Shown: positions 18,841-28,246, counted from the stretch's first letter. The stretch is DNA of 64,000 nt from an uncultured virus (IMG/VR IMGVR_UViG_3300046747_000409) (IMGVR_UViG_3300046747_000409), one strand, 5' to 3'. Program-made: numbers and translations. The notes: a model not told the origin generated them from the letters alone.

Positions 18841-18918
18841 GTCACACTTGTACGTATTGCTTGTATATTGCAAACACGTACCTGTTCATCAGATCTTGAG
18901 AAACGCGCAATACGTACG

Positions 18919-18978
18919 TTGGGTGACGCACGCAGTTCCTCCGGAACGAGTCGTCCTTCTCGATAGGGCCGTTATAAT
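18919..18978 (+). promoter_or_regulatory. Hairpin-promoter element copy 3
   Basis: TTGGGTGACGCACGCA-GTTCC-TCC-GGAAC-N25-TATAAT. Confidence 0.85.
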
Positions 18979-19030
18979 GAACCCCGTTGAGACAAACACC
19001 ATCCACCGATCCAAACCCCAGGAAGAGATC

Positions 19031-19210
19031 ATGGCCACTCACGACATCGATAGCCGCTTGGTTCCGAAAGCCAACTGGCAAACGAAGCAACGAGGCTCAA
19101 ACGACGACGAGTACCAGATCTACCTGGACTGCGCCAACGACGGAAAAGGTGGCGACGTCACTCGTGATGGCGCTCCGCTCCTGTCCTACGACGAATGGCT
19201 GGCGTCATGA
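19031..19210 (+). CDS. Small hypothetical protein
   Basis: ATG after AGGAAGAG; ATGA coupled to next gene. Confidence 0.65.
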   Translation: MATHDIDSRLVPKANWQTKQRGSNDDEYQIYLDCANDGKGGDVTRDGAPLLSYDEWLAS

Positions 19211-19422
19211 GACATGACCACGATACCGGCAAACCTCTGGTTGCCTTCGGGCTGAACCTGAATGCCGACGGCTCCCCCATCCGGGGGGCGGTCAACACCC
19301 GGAAGGTCGGGGATCATGGGTGTGATCCCATCGGTGACGGCACCTACCGCATGGTCCCGTCCGGAGACATCGTCAACTTCGAGGAACGCTGCAAGCGCCT
19401 CGCCGCATGGAGAGCGTCATGA
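19207..19422 (+). CDS. Small hypothetical protein
   Basis: ATGA overlaps at both ends. Confidence 0.6.
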   Translation: MRHDHDTGKPLVAFGLNLNADGSPIRGAVNTRKVGDHGCDPIGDGTYRMVPSGDIVNFEERCKRLAAWRAS

Positions 19423-19826
19423 CCCTCACCACACCCATGCTCACAGCCCCTACGTCCCTGAACGATCTGCTGGCTGCTATCAAAGCCGCCGGTTCAATCG
19501 ACGAATGTCCCTACGTCACGACGGGCGAAGGGCGAAACCTCCGGGTGCATCCTCAGTGGACCTGCGTCGTCGGAGGTACGGAGGCGAGTCACTCCGACCT
19601 GTGGCGATTCGATGGGACGGGGAGGGTCACCGTCTGCCGACGCACCGAGTGGGACGCCAAAAAGGGTCACTACGACAGCATCACGCATGCCGCTATGCGA
19701 CTGCATCTGACGCCAGCCAAGCTGCGCAAGATCCGCGACACCATCGGTGAGCGTACGAAAGACATGTACCTGTATCGCTCTGCTAGCTTCAACTGCTGGC
19801 AAACCACCCCTTGGAAGGACCGCTGA
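19419..19826 (+). CDS. Hypothetical protein
   Basis: ATGA overlap; TGATCATG junction downstream. Confidence 0.6.
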   Translation: MTLTTPMLTAPTSLNDLLAAIKAAGSIDECPYVTTGEGRNLRVHPQWTCVVGGTEASHSDLWRFDGTGRVTVCRRTEWDAKKGHYDSITHAAMRLHLTPAKLRKIRDTIGERTKDMYLYRSASFNCWQTTPWKDR

Positions 19827-19828
19827 TC

Positions 19829-20224
19829 ATGCCTAAGTACTTCCCTGGTCCGTACCAGTGCGCGGCGTGCAATCGACTGTTCGACACGCCGATGTACTGC
19901 TTCTGTAGTGGCGGTCCCGGTTACCAAGCTCGTCGAGTGGTGACCTTTCGCTACGCATTCCGTTGCTTCCCCCGTGAAGTCGTCGCACCTGAGGTGCCTC
20001 GCACCTACTGGTTGCTGAACCCGGCAAACGGCCTGGGCTGTTCTTCCAACCCGCACGAAGCGCACTTGTTCTCGTTAGACGAGACTCACACCATGTGCCC
20101 GACGCTCAACGTTGGCATCGCCGTAGGTGTGACTTCCCGATTCTCGGACTTGTACACCTACGAGTGCGTCCCCGTGGACGACGTGCTCACTGCCATACGC
20201 CAGTACGACTTGGAGGCCGCATGA
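19829..20224 (+). CDS. Hypothetical Cys-containing protein
   Basis: CAAC..CFC; coupled junctions. Confidence 0.55.
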   Translation: MPKYFPGPYQCAACNRLFDTPMYCFCSGGPGYQARRVVTFRYAFRCFPREVVAPEVPRTYWLLNPANGLGCSSNPHEAHLFSLDETHTMCPTLNVGIAVGVTSRFSDLYTYECVPVDDVLTAIRQYDLEAA

Positions 20225-20532
20225 CCATCACCGCATCCTCCCACGACCTGGACGAAGAGGTGAAAGCCGCCCGGGGGCTTCACCCGTCAGCCGAGAAGTA
20301 CCTGCCCCTGATCAAGGCGCGGGTCGACCGGTGGGCGAATGCCTCCGGCGCCAACTTGTACTACTGCGCCCGGGACGTACTGGCGGATCAGGCTCCGGGC
20401 TTGACGAACCACCAGCGACTGACCGCCGTGTATTCGGTCCTCCCGCTCCTGCTGGTGCATGTCAACGCCAAGGGGTATAAAAAATTCCAGAATAGTACCG
20501 GAGCTCACGTGTGGTCGGTGCGTCTGGTATGA
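20221..20532 (+). CDS. Hypothetical protein
   Basis: GGAGG + ATGA overlap. Confidence 0.6.
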   Translation: MTITASSHDLDEEVKAARGLHPSAEKYLPLIKARVDRWANASGANLYYCARDVLADQAPGLTNHQRLTAVYSVLPLLLVHVNAKGYKKFQNSTGAHVWSVRLV

Positions 20533-20768
20533 ACATCCATCACACGGTGGGCGTTTACCCGAACGGGCAGTACAAGGAAAACGGCGTACTTCCCGTTCAT
20601 TTGTTCGATCATGTCCAGTACAACATGTTCTGGCGACCGGGTCGCGCGCTCTTCGTGGATGGTACGCTCGTGTATGCTGGAATCATGACTCCTGAGTCAC
20701 TAGCGAATGCAATCAAGACGGTGGCGACGTTGCCTCCCGTAACGCAATGCACGGTTCCCTATCATTAA
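20529..20768 (+). CDS. Small hypothetical protein
   Basis: ATGA overlap; ends just before promoter copy 4. Confidence 0.6.
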   Translation: MNIHHTVGVYPNGQYKENGVLPVHLFDHVQYNMFWRPGRALFVDGTLVYAGIMTPESLANAIKTVATLPPVTQCTVPYH

Positions 20769-20784
20769 ACACGCAATGCGCACG

Positions 20785-20842
20785 TTGGGTGACGCACGTG
20801 GTCCTTCGGACAAGTCGCCACTCTCCAGACCATCGATATAAT
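20785..20842 (+). promoter_or_regulatory. Hairpin-promoter element copy 4
   Basis: TTGGGTGACGCACGTG-GTCC-TTC-GGAC-N25-TATAAT. Confidence 0.85.
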
Positions 20843-20867
20843 GACCCCTATAAGAAAGGAGGCCAAA

Positions 20868-20891
20868 ATGAATTACCCTTACCGTCGCTAA
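20868..20891 (+). CDS. Minigene MNYPYRR with perfect Shine-Dalgarno
   Basis: AGAAAGGAGG-ccaaa-ATG AAT TAC CCT TAC CGT CGC TAA directly downstream of TATAAT. Confidence 0.5.
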   Translation: MNYPYRR

Positions 20892-20928
20892 CACGATAGA
20901 TCGGCATCCGCCACATCTTGAACTGTTC

Positions 20929-20970
20929 GCCGGTCGTCCCTCTCCCCTATAACGGACGACCGGCTTTTCT
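20929..20970 (+). terminator. Intrinsic terminator/attenuator
   Basis: 11-bp perfect stem GCCGGTCGTCC/GGACGACCGGC followed by TTTTCT. Confidence 0.7.
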
Positions 20971-21008
20971 CTCGATCCCTGATCCAAACCCCACGCTCGG
21001 AGTTTCCC

Positions 21009-22067
21009 ATGCACGACCTCAACATCAAATCCAATGGCGACGCCGCCTTCTACAGCCTCCGCGAAAGCGCATGGCACGGCATGGGCACCGTCGTCAACGC
21101 CCCCGTCAGTGACCCTGAAGTGCGCCGCTTGGCCGGGCTCGATTGGAACGTCACCACCGAGCCGCTGTTGCGTCAGGATCTGACCCCTGTCGACGGCTTC
21201 CGGGCCACGGTGCGGAGCGACACCAAGGCAACGCTTGGCGTGGTCGGCCCTTCCTACACCCCTGTTCAGAATGCGGAGCTGTTCGACTGGTTGCGTGGTC
21301 TGGACGGCTACACCGACGTCACCATCGAGACCGCCGGCGCTCTGGGCCGAGGCGAGACCGTGTGGGTGATGGGTCGCTGCAACGACCTCAAGCTCGACCT
21401 CGGTGATGGTGGCATCCAGCCGTACATGTTGCTGAGCAACGGCCACGCTGGAAATCGGCAGGTCACCATCATGCCGACCACGGTCCGGGTTGTATGCTCC
21501 AACACCCTCCGCATGGCCATCGGCAAGGGCGAGCGGAAAAACGACCTGTCCAGTGGCTTCCAGCTGCGCCACACGACGAACGTGGCTGAGGCCATGAAGC
21601 GTGTTCAAGAGGCGTACGTCGCCACTACGAATGCCTGGAAGGTCACCGAGGAGGCCCTCCGGTTCCTGGCCAGCAAGCAGTACTCCACCGAAAAGCTGGT
21701 GAAGCTGATGCTCCGCACCTTCCAGCCGGACGTGTCTGAAGACGAGGCGGAAGACATCACCGACGAGAGCGTACGAGCTAAGCTCATCCGGGAGACCCGC
21801 GAGAATCGTCTGATGACCATCCTGGGCAGCAAGACGTGCAACGCTCCGGCCATCCGTGGCACGATGTACTCCGCCCTCCAAGCGATGACGGAATACATCG
21901 AACATGAGACCTTGGTGACGGTCCGCGAGACGGACGGGAAGCTCGGCCCGGACGAGAAGAAGCGAGCACTGGCAATGGCCCGGTTCCGCTCGGTGAATTT
22001 CGGCGGCAACGGTGACGATGCCAAGGGCCGGGCGTGGGATGCTGCGCTGGAACTTGCTGCGAGCTGA
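21009..22067 (+). CDS. DUF932 family phage/plasmid protein
   Basis: AWHGMG..AGLDWNV..RSDT..LGVVG..YTPVQN..F..ETAGAL.RG..TTVRVVCSNTL..RHT pattern. Confidence 0.85.
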   Translation: MHDLNIKSNGDAAFYSLRESAWHGMGTVVNAPVSDPEVRRLAGLDWNVTTEPLLRQDLTPVDGFRATVRSDTKATLGVVGPSYTPVQNAELFDWLRGLDGYTDVTIETAGALGRGETVWVMGRCNDLKLDLGDGGIQPYMLLSNGHAGNRQVTIMPTTVRVVCSNTLRMAIGKGERKNDLSSGFQLRHTTNVAEAMKRVQEAYVATTNAWKVTEEALRFLASKQYSTEKLVKLMLRTFQPDVSEDEAEDITDESVRAKLIRETRENRLMTILGSKTCNAPAIRGTMYSALQAMTEYIEHETLVTVRETDGKLGPDEKKRALAMARFRSVNFGGNGDDAKGRAWDAALELAAS

Positions 22068-22123
22068 TCGAGACGTACACCTCACCTACACCCGGCGCCT
22101 CCTGGCCGGGTACTGGAGCCCCC

Positions 22124-22411
22124 ATGCACCACTTCGACCACGTCCATGAGGCGATCGGCACGGCACCTAAATACGCCATCGGTGACACAGTGGTTTTCGT
22201 CAATGACTACGGCGTGAACTGGGGCGAGAAAATCGTGTCTGCCTACGAGTGGAACGACGTGCGCGGGCACACCTACCAGTACGAGGGCACACAAACGCCA
22301 TGGTTTCACTCAAGCGAGCGCAGTTTTTTCCGTCCGGAAAACACCGAGTTGATCGCTGAGGCCATGCGTGTCGGTCGCGCTGCGGGAATCACTGAGTATG
22401 GCGAATACTGA
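22124..22411 (+). CDS. Hypothetical protein (SH3-like PKYAIGDTVVF)
   Basis: GGAG SD before ATG 22124. Confidence 0.6.
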   Translation: MHHFDHVHEAIGTAPKYAIGDTVVFVNDYGVNWGEKIVSAYEWNDVRGHTYQYEGTQTPWFHSSERSFFRPENTELIAEAMRVGRAAGITEYGEY

Positions 22412-23027
22412 CATGGAGTTCACCATACAACCGCCCGGCAACTCGCTCCCCCGAGGGCACCGCCCGCTCACACGTGAGGAGGGTCGCATACTCCTCGTCG
22501 AAGTGCAGGAGTCCCAGCGCGAGCTCCTCCGCCACAAGATTGAATCTGGCTCCATCGTCGTCCTTGCCTCCGACCTCATCACCGCCCCCATCCCTAAGGA
22601 AACTCTCGTGAGCATCAACCATTCCCTCCGCGCCCTCGCCGCCGTCGCCCTGGCCGCCACCATCGCCGAGACCGAACGCAACGAAGGTACCTTCGTCCTT
22701 CGCACCGGCGATGAGCCGCCAGATCATGTTCTGGAGGAGCGCGACGCCCGACGGCGTCTACGCGAACGGGAACAGGTTCGGCGTGATGCTGAGTACGAAA
22801 AGAACGCCGCCATCATCCGGGCGGAGCGTCTGAAACGAAAAGCCGAAAATCGCGTGAAACGCCAGCCCTACGGCAAGGGTCACGTCGTCATCAACGGCAT
22901 CAAATGCCCGGCCCAGCAGATGCCTCCGGACGGCAATTTCCGGAAGCGAACGACGCGCTACTTCTACAAGGGCCAGTGGTCGGAGTGGTGCAAGGATGAT
23001 CACGATATTTTCGTGGCTGACGCGTGA
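22398..23027 (+). CDS. Hypothetical protein
   Basis: ORF with charged helix; start uncertain. Confidence 0.55.
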   Translation: MANTDMEFTIQPPGNSLPRGHRPLTREEGRILLVEVQESQRELLRHKIESGSIVVLASDLITAPIPKETLVSINHSLRALAAVALAATIAETERNEGTFVLRTGDEPPDHVLEERDARRRLREREQVRRDAEYEKNAAIIRAERLKRKAENRVKRQPYGKGHVVINGIKCPAQQMPPDGNFRKRTTRYFYKGQWSEWCKDDHDIFVADA

Positions 23028-23184
23028 ACTACCTCACCGTCCACACGTGGCACTTCGTGGAAAAGGTGCGACGCATCAAACACGGCTCACAGGTGTCCTG
23101 GTACGTTCCACACAGCGTCTCCGGCGGCTGGGTCGTGCAGCACTACGTCCAGGCCCGCGCCTTCTACTCACATGAGGGGGATTG

Positions 23185-23463
23185 ATGAACCGCCCCACGC
23201 GCCGCAAGATCCGCCACCCGTCCGAGATCGTGTGGCCAGCTGAGTTGAGCCTCACGGGCTTGTTCGCTGGTCCTGATCGCCCGCTAGGTATGATCTCGTG
23301 TCACGCCGACCTCACGAGGATCGTGCTTGCCGAACACAAGAAAACGACCGTCGTCGGCTGTCACGTCTCAGGGACCGATGACGATCATAATGACGTGTTT
23401 TTGCCCGAGATCACTGAGTACCTCATCACGTACGCGATCAATTGTGCTGAGGCTGAGTGGTAA
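23185..23463 (+). CDS. Hypothetical protein
   Basis: TGATG junction; ends before promoter copy 5. Confidence 0.5.
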   Translation: MNRPTRRKIRHPSEIVWPAELSLTGLFAGPDRPLGMISCHADLTRIVLAEHKKTTVVGCHVSGTDDDHNDVFLPEITEYLITYAINCAEAEW

Positions 23464-23531
23464 TCACGCAACGCATCGCCTTGCGCGTTCATCAGATCAA
23501 AGAGATACGCGCAATGCACTCAATGCACACG

Positions 23532-23591
23532 TTGGGTGACGCACGCAGTTCCTTCGGAACGAGTCGTCCTTCTCGTTAGGTCGCTTATAAT
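23532..23591 (+). promoter_or_regulatory. Hairpin-promoter element copy 5
   Basis: TTGGGTGACGCACGCA-GTTCC-TTC-GGAAC-N25-TATAAT. Confidence 0.85.
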
Positions 23592-23639
23592 GAACCCCGT
23601 TGAGATGAACCAAACGAAACAAACCAACGGAGATAGATC

Positions 23640-24077
23640 ATGGCCAAGTCCTGCACCCTGAGAAAAGATTGCGGCATGTACGATGTGACGGTCGATGGGA
23701 AGCAGACCCGGCTTCCAGTCACGAAACCGATTGTCGTCAACGGTGCCACGGTCATGAAAACCACCTTCATCCCAATGACGGCGATGCTGATCAAGCTGAC
23801 CCATATCAACGGGGGGACGGTGACCTTCAAGCAGACTACCATGGGCAAGCGTACCACGGTGACCCGTGAGACGGACCTGACGAAAGGTACCCGGATCAAC
23901 AAGGAAGCGACTGGCCCGGCGACGATCGAAACCGGCACCAAGCCGATGGGGCTCAAGGTGGATGTGGCGATCGGTCAGGTGCTGCGGATGACCGGGCTCA
24001 ATGCTCTGGAAGCCGCTCAGTTGTTCGACTTCGATGCGGTCCTCGCTGCTGGTATCCTGGTCGAGGCTGTGGCCTAA
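23640..24077 (+). CDS. Hypothetical Thr/Lys-rich protein
   Basis: GGAG SD; first gene after copy 5. Confidence 0.7.
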   Translation: MAKSCTLRKDCGMYDVTVDGKQTRLPVTKPIVVNGATVMKTTFIPMTAMLIKLTHINGGTVTFKQTTMGKRTTVTRETDLTKGTRINKEATGPATIETGTKPMGLKVDVAIGQVLRMTGLNALEAAQLFDFDAVLAAGILVEAVA

Positions 24078-24079
24078 TC

Positions 24080-24364
24080 ATGGATGCCTACACCGTCCCC
24101 CGAGCCGACTACACGGCCAACCTCACCACCCCGTACACTCTCGACAACCTCCTCAAGGGCGGATACACCCTCGCCAATGTGGACGACTTTGTCCACGACG
24201 GCCGCATCTCTGAAGCGCTGGCCAATGAGTTCTTCCAGGTGTGGGTGGTAGGCAAGTGCGAGTTCCGCTGGAATGCAGAATTGCAGCAACCGGAGGAGGC
24301 CATCTACCCAAGACAACATTACGCCGACGAACCGCCTACGTGGCGGAGAATGAGCTGGGGTTGA
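24080..24364 (+). CDS. Hypothetical protein
   Basis: TAATCATG junction. Confidence 0.6.
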   Translation: MDAYTVPRADYTANLTTPYTLDNLLKGGYTLANVDDFVHDGRISEALANEFFQVWVVGKCEFRWNAELQQPEEAIYPRQHYADEPPTWRRMSWG

Positions 24365-24366
24365 TC

Positions 24367-24672
24367 ATGAGCGAAGACACCTACGCCATCCGCATCCCAG
24401 AGCTCCGTACCTCCCAGCGAGATGACGAAAGTGATGCGCAATGGATCAATTACATCATGGGTTTCTACCAGAAAGAACTCCCTAACCTCCCTCAGGCGAC
24501 GATCACGGAATTGACCTGCATGACGTCTAAGTACCTCCGTGGCGACCCGTTCACGAGGCCCGGTGTGCTGTTCCTTGGCTATCACCACTGCCGCGCCGCC
24601 TTCGAGAAGGCCGTCGGCGTGGCCCTCCCTCCTACCATCACAGGCACCATGGCGGTGCTGAACAGGAACTGA
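24367..24672 (+). CDS. Hypothetical protein
   Basis: TGATCATG junction. Confidence 0.6.
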   Translation: MSEDTYAIRIPELRTSQRDDESDAQWINYIMGFYQKELPNLPQATITELTCMTSKYLRGDPFTRPGVLFLGYHHCRAAFEKAVGVALPPTITGTMAVLNRN

Positions 24673-24673
24673 C

Positions 24674-24916
24674 ATGTCCGCCACTAAATTCACCATCGCC
24701 AACGTCGCCAACAAGACCGGCAATTGCAGCGGCCTGTTCGCCCTGCGGGACGCCGACGACACGCTGGTCCCCCTGACGCAGACCACCAAGCGGGGCGAGT
24801 CGTTCACTGATGCCGAGTGGATCGAGATCAAGAAGGCCATGGTCTACATCCGCAACGAGCGTGCTGCCGTGTCGGTCACGATGGAGAGCGGCTTGATTGT
24901 GGAGACGCACAAATGA
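24674..24916 (+). CDS. Hypothetical protein
   Basis: TGACATG junction. Confidence 0.6.
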   Translation: MSATKFTIANVANKTGNCSGLFALRDADDTLVPLTQTTKRGESFTDAEWIEIKKAMVYIRNERAAVSVTMESGLIVETHK

Positions 24917-25167
24917 CATCGAATAGCGATGACACCCAAGCCAGCGGAGTCCATCCCGTCGTCACTCCTGCCCGGAGCATGACCACCGTGCAGCGACGCG
25001 TCGCCGTGATCGGAACGACGCTTTTCTTCACCTTCCTGATCGTCACCAACGCCGTCCTGGCCGTGGTGGCGCTCCGGCGCGGTGACGTGGTCATGACCGC
25101 GGCTCACGGTACGGCGGCGTACGCCGGGATCGTGTGGGCGATCTCCCTCTCCCTCCGTCAACCCTAG
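24913..25167 (+). CDS. Two-TM small membrane protein
   Basis: GGAG + ATGA overlap; two hydrophobic helices. Confidence 0.55.
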   Translation: MTSNSDDTQASGVHPVVTPARSMTTVQRRVAVIGTTLFFTFLIVTNAVLAVVALRRGDVVMTAAHGTAAYAGIVWAISLSLRQP

Positions 25168-25177
25168 GATCATCACC

Positions 25178-25573
25178 ATGTCCCGCACCAAAGCCCCTAA
25201 ATCCCCCGACATCATCCACGCCCTCGGAGCCGCCCTGGCGGCGAGCAAGCTCTACGCGCAGACGATCGACCAGCTGATCACCTGCGAGGACAAGAAGGAC
25301 TTCAAGGGCGCCGCCGATCTCCTGAAGCTCGGACACGAGCAGGTGCTCAAGCTCAAGGACGCGCACAACAACTTGTACGTCCCGGTGAATGCGGCGATCA
25401 AGGCCGCAGCTCCGGCGAAGGCCGAAAAGCCTCCGCGCGAGTCCAAGGAAGAACGCACGTCGCGGAAGCATGCTGCTGCCGGTGAACCGACCGGTAAATG
25501 CGCTAAATCCCTCGCGAAGGCGGTCAAGGAAGCGGATCCCAAAATCACCGAGCAATCAGGCGACGAGCCGTAA
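25178..25573 (+). CDS. Hypothetical protein with K/A/E-rich tail
   Basis: TAGGAT-N7-ATG. Confidence 0.65.
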   Translation: MSRTKAPKSPDIIHALGAALAASKLYAQTIDQLITCEDKKDFKGAADLLKLGHEQVLKLKDAHNNLYVPVNAAIKAAAPAKAEKPPRESKEERTSRKHAAAGEPTGKCAKSLAKAVKEADPKITEQSGDEP

Positions 25574-25707
25574 TAGTACACCACAGTACGTCACATTACG
25601 TAACGCACTACGAAATACGTGGTGCGTTACGTACGTTAATCGCGCAATGCACGCATTACGTCGCGTTGCGTGTTCATCAGATCAAAGAGATACGCGCAAC
25701 GCGTTCA

Positions 25708-25765
25708 TTGGGTGACGCGCACAGTCCTTTGGACAAGTCGTCCTCCTCGTCAGGTCGTTTATAAT
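25708..25765 (+). promoter_or_regulatory. Hairpin-promoter element copy 6
   Basis: TTGGGTGACGCGCACA-GTCC-TTT-GGAC-N25-TATAAT. Confidence 0.85.
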
Positions 25766-25821
25766 GAGGGCATCGAACCAAACCCGGTCCGATAGAAACC
25801 CCCTGACCTAGGAAACGCACC

Positions 25822-26172
25822 ATGAGCAAGTCCACCAAGAGCAAGACCACCAAGCCCATCAAGACCATCGACACCACCGCTGAAGTCGTCCAGACCACGG
25901 CTCTGGCAAAACAGACCGGTGCTCAAGTCCGTGAAGCGATCCTGATCCAAGTCAAGAAGCTGAAAATTCAGTATGTCCCGGTTGTCGGCAACACCTACCC
26001 ACAGAAGAAACTGATCTGGGTGCATGGCGGATACTGGGATAAGGAAGCGAAGGTGCAGATGGTGCCCTCGATCTACGCCGAAAAGATGCAAAAGGCGGTC
26101 GACGAGCTCGACGTCAAGATCCAGGCGAACATCGCCAAGCGTAAGGCCAACCAGGAAGCCGTCGCCGTCTGA
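25822..26172 (+). CDS. Basic protein with GNTYP..GG.WD domain
   Basis: PVVGNTYPQK..GGYWDKEAK; paralogous to a domain in 26296..27264. Confidence 0.7.
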   Translation: MSKSTKSKTTKPIKTIDTTAEVVQTTALAKQTGAQVREAILIQVKKLKIQYVPVVGNTYPQKKLIWVHGGYWDKEAKVQMVPSIYAEKMQKAVDELDVKIQANIAKRKANQEAVAV

Positions 26173-26232
26173 GTCTACACAAGCCGGGTGCCTCCGACCC
26201 GGCTACATCAGGACACGTACGCTAAACGTACC

Positions 26233-26288
26233 TTGCCTGACACACGCAGCCTTCGGCAAGTCGTCCCTCTCCCCCACTTCGATAGGAT
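26233..26288 (+). promoter_or_regulatory. Hairpin-promoter element copy 7
   Basis: TTGCCTGACACACGCA-GCC-TTC-GGC-N25-TAGGAT. Confidence 0.75.
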
Positions 26289-26295
26289 GATCCCC

Positions 26296-27264
26296 ATGAA
26301 CACCACCATCACCCCTCCCTCAGTCAAACACCCGATGACCTGCATCGTCATCACTCCGGTCGAAGGCCCTGGAAAAGACCCGCTGACGTTCTCGACATGG
26401 CGTAAAGCGGAGGAGTACATCAACCGCTTGTGTGCTGATGCGCCGCAAGATGGCAGCTACTGGAAGACGGACTTCAGCATCACCTGGGCCGACGGAGAGA
26501 CGTACGAAGGCCGTTATGACGCGGCCCACCCCCACAGTCGTTCCCACGAGGGTTCACTGGCTCAGCACTGCCTCGACTTCCTCACCTTCCGTGCCGGGTT
26601 GCGCTGCCCGAATCACCTGACGCAAGCTCAGTATGACGACATCATGAGAGACGAGTTTCATGGCCCTGTCGTGATCGCTGAGGCTACTCGGTTCCTGAAG
26701 GCCTACAGCTTCGTCGACAGCATGGTGACCCCTCAGCTGGCCCGTGAGCTGGTGGCCGAGTTGCATCAGTCGGAAGGCCCTACCGTCCCCGAGGGTTCCA
26801 GTGCGTCAGAGTCTGCCGGGTTGCACCGTGCATACGTCGCCAAGCACGCCACCCCGATGCTGCCGGTGGTCGGCAACAGCTACCCGGTGAAAAACGTCCT
26901 GTACGCTTGGGGTGGCCGCTGGGACGGTACCGCCAAGACGTGGCTGGTCCCTGCCTACAAGCACGCTGAAGCCCAGGCGATGGTGGACAAACACACGAAA
27001 CAGCCTGTTGCGAAGGCCGCAGCTGCTCCGCTCCCTCAACCAGCCCCAAAGCCTCAACAGTCCCCCACGAAGGCGCCCCAGCAGGCCCCAACGAAGGCCC
27101 CTGTGAAGGCGAAGCCTGCCGCCCCTGCGAAGAAGTTCCGGACCCCGATCCAGAAACGCTACGATGCGCTGATCGTCGGGATTCAGTTGCTGGCGGAAGA
27201 CCTGCCTCCGGGCTTCATGACCGACGTCCTGATCTACCTGGACGACCGCAAGGATAAGATCTGA
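26296..27264 (+). CDS. LPD25-like domain fused to GNSYP..GGRWD domain
   Basis: SYWKTDFSITWADGETYEGRYD...GSLAQH; PVVGNSYPVK..GGRWD..KTW; ATG 7 nt after -10. Confidence 0.65.
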   Translation: MNTTITPPSVKHPMTCIVITPVEGPGKDPLTFSTWRKAEEYINRLCADAPQDGSYWKTDFSITWADGETYEGRYDAAHPHSRSHEGSLAQHCLDFLTFRAGLRCPNHLTQAQYDDIMRDEFHGPVVIAEATRFLKAYSFVDSMVTPQLARELVAELHQSEGPTVPEGSSASESAGLHRAYVAKHATPMLPVVGNSYPVKNVLYAWGGRWDGTAKTWLVPAYKHAEAQAMVDKHTKQPVAKAAAAPLPQPAPKPQQSPTKAPQQAPTKAPVKAKPAAPAKKFRTPIQKRYDALIVGIQLLAEDLPPGFMTDVLIYLDDRKDKI

Positions 27265-27303
27265 GCTCGCTTCCCCACCCCTCTTCATCCGGTAGGATTC
27301 GTC

Positions 27304-27591
27304 ATGACCATCGTCGAAATGATCCAGGCCAGCCGCCCTCCGGAGTCCCATGCCTGGGATCGGATGCGGCAGACGCCCGGCTCGTGCCCCGCGACTGTCG
27401 CCGGTAATCATCTGGGCTACCATTGGGACATCCCCCGCGATGCCTGGAATGCCCTCTTTCACAAGTTTGGAGAAGCACGTGCGCTCATCGAAATCGAATC
27501 CCCCGAAAGACCATTCTGCGGGACTCCTGTCGAACATCAGCCGCGAGAGTGCCTGGACGCTTGGAAACGCTGGGTCGCCAGTCTTAGCTGA
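27304..27591 (+). CDS. Hypothetical protein
   Basis: TAGGAT-N5-ATG. Confidence 0.55.
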   Translation: MTIVEMIQASRPPESHAWDRMRQTPGSCPATVAGNHLGYHWDIPRDAWNALFHKFGEARALIEIESPERPFCGTPVEHQPRECLDAWKRWVASLS

Positions 27592-28231
27592 GCCTGATCC
27601 GGTTCCGCGCGTCCTGTTCGATGTCTTAGAGCCGGGTACCGGAAAAGAGTGGTCGACCGTCCACTGCGTCGTCAACGGCGTGCAGAAGTCCCTCGCGTGG
27701 CCGCCGGGCATCCGCTCGACCGAGGTACACCTGGGCGAGAAGTATTTCAGCCACTTCGGCGCTGGCGTTTACAGGGACTTGTTCCGCGAGTGTCAGGATC
27801 GGATGATCGCCTCGTCTGACATGGAGCAGCTCGCAGTCGGCGCACACTCCTACGAGCTCTACATCCTGAGCGAGCGCGGTGGCGTCTGGTGGGCTCTCAA
27901 GACCACGGACCGGAGTCCGCGTGTCGCCGGGTGTGGCTTCCTGGCGACCCAAGGCACGAAGCTCATCGTGCAGAGCGCCATGATCTGGCTCGCGAAAGAT
28001 CGCAAGCTCGGTCTCTACCCGATCGTGCTCCAGCGTCTGCGTGAATGGGCTCGCCCTGGTACGGTGTACTCTGACGTGTGCATGTCGGCTCAGGCCGTGA
28101 TGTCGTGGAACGCGGCGGTCGCTAAGGGTGCGGCGACGTTCGACGAGAAGGAAGGCCGGTATCGGAGGAATCCCACCCGATCCCCACGGCGCGTGAAGAT
28201 CGTGCGCTTCTTAAAACGTGCGCGTCATTAA
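27350..28231 (+). CDS. Possible GNAT-like protein with C-terminal RRNP basic tail (true start uncertain, probably downstream)
   Basis: RKLGLY..L...VYSD..MS..A..W resembles the GNAT acetyl-CoA region; GRYRRNP tail. Confidence 0.45.
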   Translation: MPGIGCGRRPARAPRLSPVIIWATIGTSPAMPGMPSFTSLEKHVRSSKSNPPKDHSAGLLSNISRESAWTLGNAGSPVLAEPDPVPRVLFDVLEPGTGKEWSTVHCVVNGVQKSLAWPPGIRSTEVHLGEKYFSHFGAGVYRDLFRECQDRMIASSDMEQLAVGAHSYELYILSERGGVWWALKTTDRSPRVAGCGFLATQGTKLIVQSAMIWLAKDRKLGLYPIVLQRLREWARPGTVYSDVCMSAQAVMSWNAAVAKGAATFDEKEGRYRRNPTRSPRRVKIVRFLKRARH

Positions 28232-28246
28232 TACGCAACGCATGCC

